Positions 10,043 through 18,127 of a stretch of DNA of 64,000 nt are shown one piece after another (within the stretch, counting starts at the first letter, position 1; each line of letters starts with the position of its first letter). The notes under the pieces are model-generated. The model had not been told where the DNA came from. It saw only the letters and a program-made list of their open reading frames with translations, and made no database searches. Made by a program: the position numbers and the translations under genes. This stretch comes from an uncultured Chlamydiae bacterium (lineage in GTDB: Bacteria; Chlamydiota; Chlamydiia; Chlamydiales; JAJFMB01): the NCBI GenBank assembly GCA_963696295.1, contig CAVOJR010000001.1, positions 3,136,001-3,200,000 on the forward strand, in the 5' to 3' direction.

Positions 10043-10159
10043 CTCAAATTAAGATAATTATGATACCCTTTGAGGTGAATTATTTGCAAATCGAAGAAAG
10101 CGTTTATGATGTGATATTGCGGCCCATACCCTTAAGGATATAGACCGCGGCCGATTGAA

Positions 10160-10576
10160 TTACTTCTTATCCCACCCGGTGTGATGGCCTTCGCCTGCCA
10201 CCTGAATCCAGCGGCTGATTTTATCATCGGCGATGGTGCCCATTGCCATGATTTGAACTTGCCGCTTTTCCCCTTTATGGGTTTTCAGATCGATGTGGTA
10301 GTGGATAATGACCTGGTTTCCGGAGATGATCGGTTCTTCGACCGGCTCGGAAATTTTAAATTCGGCGTATTTCTCTTTAAAAAAGAGCATCCGTTTTTTA
10401 TAATCTTCTTCGCTTTTAGACAGTTGCTCCCCGTTGGTAAAAAATGTGAAATTTTTAGTAACGAATTTATCTAATTCATTACCAATCTCTTTTGATGGCT
10501 GACTGATCCATTTCTCAAAGTAATGGAAGAAATTATAAATGATTTGAACTTGTTTTTCTTTTTTAACAGCGACCAT
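10160..10576 (-). CDS. NTF2/SnoaL-like protein
   Basis: 138 aa with SnoaL-like pattern (ISGNQVIIHY...ADDKISRW). Confidence 0.6.
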   Translation of the reverse strand: MVAVKKEKQVQIIYNFFHYFEKWISQPSKEIGNELDKFVTKNFTFFTNGEQLSKSEEDYKKRMLFFKEKYAEFKISEPVEEPIISGNQVIIHYHIDLKTHKGEKRQVQIMAMGTIADDKISRWIQVAGEGHHTGWDKK

Positions 10577-10658
10577 GAGTACCCCCTCATAATTAAGTCT
10601 CTAAATTCAACTATGATCCTGTTTTAGATAAAGTTCAATAAAAAAGCATATATTTACA

Positions 10659-12743
10659 TTAAATTAATATTAACTGACTTAAAGAGTTGATCCCTGCTTT
10701 GTTGTTTTCCCACCAGGTTTGAAAGGCCCCCAAATCGGCGCCCTTTTCTATAATGTTCGTGTAAATCCAGCCGGAAATAACCGCCGGTTGCTCTCTGGGA
10801 AAGTGTTGTTGAAAGCTCTGATTCAAGGTGTATTCTGTAAGAAGTTTGTTTAAAGTCGTGACTCGAAAGGTAGGAAAGCGCTCCAACAGCCACTTATTAA
10901 AAAAGTCGACATCCAAACCTCTTCCATTAAGCTCTATATGTACAAAATCGGTAATAGCATCTACTTCTAAGTCAGGAAACTTACTAATTAAGTTGGTGAG
11001 CAAGTCGTCATTCTCCACCTCCATTGCGATCTCAAAATCGATCTGTGTATCAAAGAGCGGAGGGACATGAGCGAGCAGTTCTTGTAATTGGTCTACTGTA
11101 AGAGTATCTTCTCTGAAATCGACCTGCAGTTGGTCGAGCTTTCCCCGAATATGGTCGCCAGCTTGCAGAAGCAATGCCCTGCCGAGCCCCACATACGCAT
11201 TGAGAAGGAGATCTTTTTGTTGATGCATCTGGCTGTCCACCTTTTCGCTGATTCCAGTTAAGCATTGGATAAAATCCTTCACTTCCGCCTCTTGGTTGTC
11301 TAAAAAGGTAAACAAAAGAGTGATGGATTCGAGCATACGGGTGTGCCACTCCTCTTTAGAGGTATTGCGTAACACGGAGATTTGATGATCGGTTAATTTG
11401 TTTATCAGCTCCCCCAGCTGCTTTTCTATAGCCTCAACCTCTTCCGGCAGAACCTCCTTGAGGGAGAGGAGCGCCTGATTAAGTTTCTGCCTCTTTTCCG
11501 GTTGGCCCCCTGCAAGGTTATAGTACTGGCATTCGGTGAGAAAATCTTTGCCGATTTGCAAGGTGAAGGGGCGCATAGCGTTCAGCCCCCCTTTTGGTAT
11601 CCCTTTCAACAGGTTTATAATATTGGGCAGATTTTCCAGGTTCAAACGGAGCAAACCATCCAACTGATCCGGTTTGATGACTTTAATCGCAAGAGCGCAA
11701 TTTCCCTCGTTTAGAGCCTCATCAATCGCCACTTGCTGCAGATGTGCGGTAATTTTTTCCGGACTGCTTTCAAAACGCGTTTTTACGTTGAATCCCTGCA
11801 TAATCTCTGGAACTTTTGCCACAAGCTCATCGGCTGAGTCGCTCAGCTTGACTGCGTCGCAGATGACCTTGAAAAACAGCATGCTGAGATGCGGCTGGGT
11901 CATGGTTGGCGTGTCATTATACTCGTCGACCGCGGCTTTTAAACCGGAGCAAAGAGCCGCTTCAGCGGCGGCCTGGGCTTGTCGTTTGCTGAGAGCCGAA
12001 GCGCTGGTAAGAGACGAAGAAGTTGATGTATTTACCCGGGATTCTCCGGAGCTAAGAGACGAAGAGGTCGAGGGTTGTCCGCTGCTGTGCGTCGAAGTAT
12101 TTACCCGGGGTTCTCCGGAGCTAAGAGACGAAGAGGCTGAGGGTTGTCTGCTGCCGTGCGTCGAAGTATTTACCCGGGGTTCTCCGGAGCTAAGAGACGA
12201 AGAGGCTGAGGGTTGTCTGCTGCTGTGCGTCGAAGTATTTACCCCGGGTTGTCCGGAGCTAAGAGACGAAGAGGTCGAGGATTGTCCGCTGCTGTGCGTC
12301 GAAGTATTTACCCGGGTTTGTCCGGTGAGAGTCGGAGCGTTTGAGAGGCCCTGTGCCGCGTCGATGCTTTTAATCAATAGATTCAATTTTTTTGAATCGT
12401 AGTGCACGACCTCTATCTTTTTAAATCCAAAAAGAGAAGCGACAAAATTATAGATTGATACAATTAAAGAGGAAATATAATGCCGCTCTCTTTTCTCAAT
12501 TTTTTTTTGAAATGTCTTAAGAAAAGCCGCTGCTTGTGTTATATCTTGAGGCGTTTTATTAACTAATTCTTTTTTTAAACTATCAACGGTAACACTCTCT
12601 ATTTTCTTGTAAACGGCTGTCAAATCGGCATTTGAATGAAAGAAGGATTTCGTGCGCGCTTTTGTATCTTTGGAGATCGAATTGTTATCTATATAATACC
12701 TGTCTCCCTCAATTTTATATATGCTATCGCTAAATATGTTCAT
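10659..12743 (-). CDS. Large hypothetical protein with Ser-rich 23-aa repeats, candidate effector
   Basis: 694-aa ORF; TTGACA-N17-TAAACT promoter-like sequence upstream. Confidence 0.75.
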   Translation of the reverse strand: MNIFSDSIYKIEGDRYYIDNNSISKDTKARTKSFFHSNADLTAVYKKIESVTVDSLKKELVNKTPQDITQAAAFLKTFQKKIEKRERHYISSLIVSIYNFVASLFGFKKIEVVHYDSKKLNLLIKSIDAAQGLSNAPTLTGQTRVNTSTHSSGQSSTSSSLSSGQPGVNTSTHSSRQPSASSSLSSGEPRVNTSTHGSRQPSASSSLSSGEPRVNTSTHSSGQPSTSSSLSSGESRVNTSTSSSLTSASALSKRQAQAAAEAALCSGLKAAVDEYNDTPTMTQPHLSMLFFKVICDAVKLSDSADELVAKVPEIMQGFNVKTRFESSPEKITAHLQQVAIDEALNEGNCALAIKVIKPDQLDGLLRLNLENLPNIINLLKGIPKGGLNAMRPFTLQIGKDFLTECQYYNLAGGQPEKRQKLNQALLSLKEVLPEEVEAIEKQLGELINKLTDHQISVLRNTSKEEWHTRMLESITLLFTFLDNQEAEVKDFIQCLTGISEKVDSQMHQQKDLLLNAYVGLGRALLLQAGDHIRGKLDQLQVDFREDTLTVDQLQELLAHVPPLFDTQIDFEIAMEVENDDLLTNLISKFPDLEVDAITDFVHIELNGRGLDVDFFNKWLLERFPTFRVTTLNKLLTEYTLNQSFQQHFPREQPAVISGWIYTNIIEKGADLGAFQTWWENNKAGINSLSQLILI
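12008..12322. repeat. Coding tandem repeat, 69-bp unit, ~4.5 copies
   Basis: GCTAAGAGACGAAGAGG recurs at 12051, 12120, 12189 and 12258; encodes RVNTSTHSSGQPSTSSSLSSGEP-like units. Confidence 0.95.
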
Positions 12744-12817
12744 ATTTTGACCGCCTTGTAGATTAAAAGTTTATATAAAACATCAAAAAATGTCAATTTA
12801 TGAATGAATTAAATAAT

Positions 12818-13768
12818 TTAATTGACCAGACTCATTAGTTGTTTGTAAAATTCTTCCCGAACTAATTGTTCTTCCTGTTTAAAACCACTCTTCGCCAGCG
12901 CTTCGATCAACAATTGAAAGGTTATCACTTCAGTCCCCTCTTTGTTCCGTAGATAGAGTTCATAGGCCGCGGAGAGGCTGCCCAGTTTTAAATTACAGCG
13001 TATCACTATATTGTTAAGGGAATTATCCGCCGCAAATTCCTGCTCTTTTATGGCCAGGTAAATAGATAAAGCCTGACTTTCCGCATTCATAGTTTCACAA
13101 AGCTCCATCAGCAAATACACAATTTCCAAATCTCCATAAAATCCCCGTTTAATCATTTCTTGAAAATAATAAACGCCTTTTGTCAATTGATTACATTGGC
13201 AGCAAATCGGGATTAACAAAAAAAATGTCAGCTGGTCGGGAGACTTCACTTTTTGATACAGCGCTTCGGCCTCTTCGAGATTGTTGCAGCTCATTAATTT
13301 TTTAACCGGTGACTCAAACTTATTTATTTCCATCAGGTTTTGAAATAATTGCTTATCCGTTTTATCCCCTGAGGCTAAGACAGCCTGAGACATGATGTTG
13401 AGGGTGAAATTCGTGAAATTTTGGCTCTTTGTTACGAGTATAAAAAATAGGAGAAGCATCAGTTTGATCATCTTAGCTTCTGCTAAACCTTTTAGAAGCT
13501 GCTCCCCGGTATCCTGGAAAATCAAAGTATCCAATTCTAAAAATACTTCCAGGGCTTTTCCTATTTTTTTGTCCCGGATAAGAAGGGCAATGAAATAATT
13601 TAAGGAAGGAGCCAGGTGGGGCCATTCCTGTTTGTCACTCTCTTGGAAAAGCTTAAATGCTGTATCCAAATCAGAAGAATTGATGGCGCGGAGCAAGAGA
13701 TCTATATTATTATTTGAAGGGGAGACACTAAAATAAATAATTGGATTTGTATGTACATTATTAATCAT
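12818..13768 (-). CDS. Pentatricopeptide-repeat-like protein
   Basis: ~35-aa helical repeats, e.g. PDQLTFFLLIPICCQCNQLTKGVYYFQEMIKRGF and EVITFQLLIEALAKSG. Confidence 0.65.
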   Translation of the reverse strand: MINNVHTNPIIYFSVSPSNNNIDLLLRAINSSDLDTAFKLFQESDKQEWPHLAPSLNYFIALLIRDKKIGKALEVFLELDTLIFQDTGEQLLKGLAEAKMIKLMLLLFFILVTKSQNFTNFTLNIMSQAVLASGDKTDKQLFQNLMEINKFESPVKKLMSCNNLEEAEALYQKVKSPDQLTFFLLIPICCQCNQLTKGVYYFQEMIKRGFYGDLEIVYLLMELCETMNAESQALSIYLAIKEQEFAADNSLNNIVIRCNLKLGSLSAAYELYLRNKEGTEVITFQLLIEALAKSGFKQEEQLVREEFYKQLMSLVN

Positions 13769-13807
13769 ACAAATATGATAATGTATTCACACAATAATTA
13801 TCTAGAC

Positions 13808-13850
13808 TTTATACCCAAACAATCTCAAATTTTGAGGTTGTTTGGGTATA
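13808..13850. repeat. Hairpin remnant of the TATACCCAAACAA element family, overlapping the PTP stop
   Basis: TATACCCAAACAATCTCAAA / TTTGAGGTTGTTTGGGTATA; same ends as 20662-20737. Confidence 0.7.
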
Positions 13851-14301
13851 GATAGGCGATTATTCCGTGGCAGGAATCTTCGAGCATGTCGAGAACAAGG
13901 TCAAAATCAGCCGCATCCTTATAGTAAGGATCCGGAATATCTTGATTGGGATAGTTTTTGCTAAATGAGGTGATGAGCTTAATCCGGCTTTTTTGCTCGG
14001 CGGTTTGGGCTAATGGCAGCAATTCCAGCAGAACCGTGTGGGAAGCGGCCAGGATCGGGTCGAATTGTTCAAAATCAGAGGGCATTATCTGGCTGGCGCG
14101 CATGGAAAGGATGATGCCGCGGCCAAGAGCGGCTTCGCGCATCCTCTCGTCGGGCAGCCGGCCGAGGTGCCAATCTCCAAGACCCCGGCTTTCCACTTTA
14201 AGGTCTTCAACGCCGGCTTCCTGCGCCATTTTTCGCAGCATACCTTCCGCAGCGGGCGACCGGCAGATATTCCCAAGACAGACAAATAAAACAGCAGGCA
14301 T
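13825..14301 (-). CDS. Low-molecular-weight protein tyrosine phosphatase
   Basis: FVCLGNICRSP and DIPDPYY motifs. Confidence 0.95.
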   Translation of the reverse strand: MPAVLFVCLGNICRSPAAEGMLRKMAQEAGVEDLKVESRGLGDWHLGRLPDERMREAALGRGIILSMRASQIMPSDFEQFDPILAASHTVLLELLPLAQTAEQKSRIKLITSFSKNYPNQDIPDPYYKDAADFDLVLDMLEDSCHGIIAYLYPNNLKI

Positions 14302-14308
14302 TTTTCAC

Positions 14309-16186
14309 CTATTGCACATCGGCGGCGCAACGAAAACCGTAAGTCCCATTGACCGTGCCGGGATTGTTGCGATGCCTTTTTGAGCAGCGCAAATCTTCTT
14401 TCAGGCTTTTCCAGCAGCCGCCGCGCAATACGCGATAAACCCCCTGCAATGGCCCTTTGGGGTTTTCCGGCTCCTGTATTGAAGCTTCATAATAGTTATA
14501 GCCGTACCAGTCATGGCACCACTCATAGACATTCCCGGCCATATCGTACAAGCCGTAGCTGGTTGCCGGGTAGCTCATAACAGCTATGGTGTCGGAACTG
14601 AAGAAGTTCGCCTGCGTTTTCTCAATTTCATCGCCGGTGGGATAAAGCAGGTTTTCTTTTCCGCCGCTCGCGGCGATTTCCCACTCGGCTTCATTCGGAA
14701 GCCTTTTTCCAACCCATTTGGCATAAGCTGTCGCCCCATACCAGGTCACGCCCACCACAGGGTGTTTGGAGTAGCCCGATTCAATCGTCAGTTTTCCGCC
14801 AAGACGCTTAATCCGAGAGTCGCGCAAACGGATGATATCATTATAGTTGCTGTCTTTTTCTCCTCCCATGAATTCCAAAAAGCGCACGTACTGTTCATTG
14901 GTCACAGGATGAATATCCATGGCAAAGCTGGCCAGATGGACCTGATGGCGGGGCATTTCGTCCCGGTTGGCATCATTGCTGCCGCGCCAAAATGTCCCCC
15001 CTTTTATGATCGCCATTTCCGAAAGCAGCGGCTTTACCTCCTTGATTTCTTTCATTTCAGGAGTGTAATACTTGACCGTGGTGTCGATCTGAAAGACTGA
15101 CGAGGGATTGGGGTCTGTTTCGGGACGCTCAAGCTTGCATATCTTGATGATGGGTTTTAAAGCCTCCTCTTCAACCGCCTCTTTCATTTGCTCCTGCAGC
15201 GACTCGGCGAGAGGATGAGGCGAAGCCCCTTTGGGAAGAGAGCTGTTTCTCATTTCTTCCATGAGTGGAACGAGGAGCGCAGGCCTCTTATCGGGGTATG
15301 TCTGCATGCAATTTTTGATTATGAGATCCCAATTCCAGCGAAGCTCTTTCCTGAGCTCTGAGGGGAGGCTGAAATACCCCTCGGGGAACTCTCCAAGCAG
15401 CAAATAATAAGCTAAAACGCCGAAAGCGTATACGTCGGCTTTCGCGCTGATTTGAGGCATGGAATCCAGCTCCAGCTTTCTTTGTTCCGGAGCGAGAAAT
15501 AAGAAATTTTGCAAAAAGGAGGCATGCAAAGAGGATTGCTTTTCCACATCGACCGGCGGGTTGGGGTAGCGCTCTTCAATCTTGGAGGTGTAGGCAATTT
15601 CGCTCATCCCTACGGCTTCTGCCACTATCTTATAGGTGCGGCTTAATACGGCTCCCGCCCCAATCACCCTTGATAGGCCAAAATCGGACAGGAAAACCTT
15701 AATTTTACCTCCTCTTTTCGCCACTAAAATATTGTTTAATTTGATGCCGCGATGCACCACTTCGTTGCCGCCGAACAGTTTGCTGTGAGCGTAGTCCAGC
15801 GCCTCTGCGAGCTGCTTAAGCAATTCCCAAATTTCATCTTCGCTTAACGGGGTTTCGAGGGTGCGCAGGTATTGAGCCAGATTAGTGGTCTCGCCAAAAT
15901 CATCGACAACACAGTCAGTGACTAGAAAATATTGCCCTTTGTCAAAAGAGATATTGTGGATTTTGACGATATTGGGATGATCCAGGCAGGCTAAAGCGGA
16001 AATTTCTTCTTCGAAACGCTGGATGAAAGCTCGATCGGTAGACAGCTCTTCCGGCAAAACTTTGATGGCGAATTGCTTCTTCATAAAGCGGTGTTCAGCC
16101 AGGTAGACCGTGCCGAGCGACCCTTGGCCGATTTGTTTGATAATTGTATAGTCTACCAACTGTTTTGCTTCTAATACTTTTTCCAT
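14309..16186 (-). CDS. pkn1: Ser/Thr kinase with C-terminal FGE-sulfatase domain
   Basis: GQGSLG, FAIK, HRGIKLNN and SDFG; C-terminal RLPNEAEWE, GLYDMAGNVYEW and RGGCW. This is the chlamydial Pkn1 architecture. Confidence 0.9.
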   Translation of the reverse strand: MEKVLEAKQLVDYTIIKQIGQGSLGTVYLAEHRFMKKQFAIKVLPEELSTDRAFIQRFEEEISALACLDHPNIVKIHNISFDKGQYFLVTDCVVDDFGETTNLAQYLRTLETPLSEDEIWELLKQLAEALDYAHSKLFGGNEVVHRGIKLNNILVAKRGGKIKVFLSDFGLSRVIGAGAVLSRTYKIVAEAVGMSEIAYTSKIEERYPNPPVDVEKQSSLHASFLQNFLFLAPEQRKLELDSMPQISAKADVYAFGVLAYYLLLGEFPEGYFSLPSELRKELRWNWDLIIKNCMQTYPDKRPALLVPLMEEMRNSSLPKGASPHPLAESLQEQMKEAVEEEALKPIIKICKLERPETDPNPSSVFQIDTTVKYYTPEMKEIKEVKPLLSEMAIIKGGTFWRGSNDANRDEMPRHQVHLASFAMDIHPVTNEQYVRFLEFMGGEKDSNYNDIIRLRDSRIKRLGGKLTIESGYSKHPVVGVTWYGATAYAKWVGKRLPNEAEWEIAASGGKENLLYPTGDEIEKTQANFFSSDTIAVMSYPATSYGLYDMAGNVYEWCHDWYGYNYYEASIQEPENPKGPLQGVYRVLRGGCWKSLKEDLRCSKRHRNNPGTVNGTYGFRCAADVQ

Positions 16187-16977
16187 TATTTACTCACCAT
16201 TTGCTCAAGAGAGCGGCTATTTGGATACCATTTTTTGGCCGCTTCAAGGAAACGGCCCGCCAGTTCGTCTAATTGACAATCTTTAGCGCAGTTAGCATAA
16301 AACTTGATCTCGCCTCGTGACAGGATAATATTCTCATCGATAATTTTATTCAAGCTGGCGCTTAAGTGCTCTTTTTTATTTTGCTCACCGGAAAATAAAA
16401 CTAAAAGCATGTAAAGCGATGGGTCCCCTGAAAAAATGGCCCCTGCTTTCACTAAATTGTCGAGGATGTGCTGCCTGGTTATTTCCCTTTCAGGGCAAAA
16501 GGGCATTCTCTCAAAAAGCTTAATATGCAATATCCCTTTGATCTTATAGGAGAAATAGTGCTCGGGATAGGCGCAATAAGCGCGGTAAAAGAGGGTGAAA
16601 AAATCGTCGGTATTATCGAGACTGGCATGGGCTAGAGCCAAAAGGAATGTCAGCGCGAGATAATCGGGATGTCTTTCTACAATGGGGGCGAAGCGATGCC
16701 GGATTAAAGAGGCGGATTCATAGCTTAAAACTCCCCGGTGCTCCAAATAGATCTCAAGGGCTTCCTTATAAAGTTCTTCTTCCCGGGGACTCATAGTCAT
16801 TGCCGAAAGGGGGGCTGCATCAAGGGCTTCCAGAAGAGCTTGAAAAGCTGCTCCATGCTGCTGGTCTTTCAACAAGGCGTGGGCGAGGTGCATTTTCGCC
16901 TCCGCCTGCTGCAAGCAGCACGAAGGGAAAGCAAGGGCCGGAAAGAGAAGCAAAAAGGAGAATATTGTTTGGCGCAT
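16186..16977 (-). CDS. Exported helical (TPR-like) hypothetical protein
   Basis: Signal-peptide-like N-terminus; stop overlaps pkn1 start. Confidence 0.65.
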   Translation of the reverse strand: MRQTIFSFLLLFPALAFPSCCLQQAEAKMHLAHALLKDQQHGAAFQALLEALDAAPLSAMTMSPREEELYKEALEIYLEHRGVLSYESASLIRHRFAPIVERHPDYLALTFLLALAHASLDNTDDFFTLFYRAYCAYPEHYFSYKIKGILHIKLFERMPFCPEREITRQHILDNLVKAGAIFSGDPSLYMLLVLFSGEQNKKEHLSASLNKIIDENIILSRGEIKFYANCAKDCQLDELAGRFLEAAKKWYPNSRSLEQMVSK

Positions 16978-17082
16978 GGCCTACCATAACAAATTTTTCC
17001 CGTTTTACAAAGTGCTTTTTTTTGCTGGTAAAAAATAAAGGGAATTAATTAATAAAGAAATTTAATGTAGGAGTCTGTCATT

Positions 17083-17544
17083 ATGATACGTTACACGCTC
17101 GCTTTGTTACTGCTCGCTCTATTTTCTTGCGAAAAGCAAACGCAGGAGTCTTCTGCAGAAGAGGAAGTGAGGGAAACAACTGAAGCCTATGTAAAAGCCC
17201 TGAATCAGAAAAACATTCAGGAGCTGCTTGATTTTTGGGCCGAGGAGGCAGTCTATCGCAACCCCGTCACAGGAAATCTCGTTCAGGGAAAGGCAAATAT
17301 CAAAAAAGAGTATTTTATCTTATTTGATGAGATGAAAAAGTCGCAACTCACGATGACGGTCCACTCTATAACTTTTCCCTTCGAAGACAAAGCGGTTGAA
17401 GAAGGGGTTCTTCACCTGCACATCCCTGGGCAAAATCCCATTGATCACGATTACACGATGATCTTAGTCAAAAGAGAAGGCAAATGGAAGATACTCAATA
17501 TCAGCGAAATCAATATAGACCTGCCTGAATCTTTAAAAAAATAG
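17083..17544 (+). CDS. NTF2-like (DUF4440/SgcJ-type) lipoprotein
   Basis: Lipobox LFSC; VKREGKWKI C-terminal strand. Confidence 0.75.
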   Translation: MIRYTLALLLLALFSCEKQTQESSAEEEVRETTEAYVKALNQKNIQELLDFWAEEAVYRNPVTGNLVQGKANIKKEYFILFDEMKKSQLTMTVHSITFPFEDKAVEEGVLHLHIPGQNPIDHDYTMILVKREGKWKILNISEINIDLPESLKK

Positions 17545-17548
17545 GCTT

Positions 17549-17565
17549 TTGGCATCTCTCTTGCA
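17549..17565 (+). promoter_or_regulatory. Sigma-54 (-24/-12) promoter
   Basis: TTGGCAT-CTCTC-TTGCA, about 60 nt upstream of the Cys-rich gene. Confidence 0.7.
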
Positions 17566-17625
17566 TCTCCTTAAATCGAATATTACAGCATAAAAGCTTA
17601 ATAATATTTTAATAGGGGAAGAGAT

Positions 17626-17997
17626 ATGAAGAAATGTTTATATATTATTCCATTTATCGCCTTAATGCTCTCCTTCGCGCCTCATCTTGAGGCCAAATGC
17701 AAAGAGGGCAAACCCAATAATAACAAAGGCGGCGGCTGTCAAAACGTCCATCATTACCACCATTACCGCGGAGGCGGCGGATGCGGTTGGGGCGGAGGCT
17801 TCGGCTGCGGCTGCGGCTACTGGGATGGAGGCTGCTGCGCAGGGAGTAGATTCTACGGAGCTCCCTACTATGGCCGTCCCTATTGCTACGATCCTTACTA
17901 CGGCCCCTATTATGGCCCGGCCTGCCCTTGCTATCCTTGCGATGGCTATCCTGCCTGCGGCTGCGGCGGCGTGCAATTCGGCCTCTGGTTCAGATAA
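17626..17997 (+). CDS. Small exported Cys/Gly/Tyr-rich protein (OmcA-like envelope protein?)
   Basis: Signal peptide, GCG and PYYG repeats, GGGGA SD, downstream hairpin. Confidence 0.75.
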   Translation: MKKCLYIIPFIALMLSFAPHLEAKCKEGKPNNNKGGGCQNVHHYHHYRGGGGCGWGGGFGCGCGYWDGGCCAGSRFYGAPYYGRPYCYDPYYGPYYGPACPCYPCDGYPACGCGGVQFGLWFR

Positions 17998-18009
17998 CTC
18001 ATCACTCTC

Positions 18010-18044
18010 TCTTGGAGCCGGGATTTTTTGTCCTGGTTCCAAGA
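18010..18044 (+). terminator. Hairpin terminator
   Basis: TCTTGGAGCCGGGA / TCCTGGTTCCAAGA. Confidence 0.6.
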
Positions 18045-18127
18045 TTTCACTAAAATATAGCTTTTCCGGAAACGCCATTCTGTGGTAAAGTCCTTTTTCA
18101 TTATTATTCAATTATTGTACTATTTTC

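Noticed and set aside
11674..12402. 242-aa plus-strand repeat ORF
   Set aside because: Antisense shadow of the Ser-rich repeat gene.
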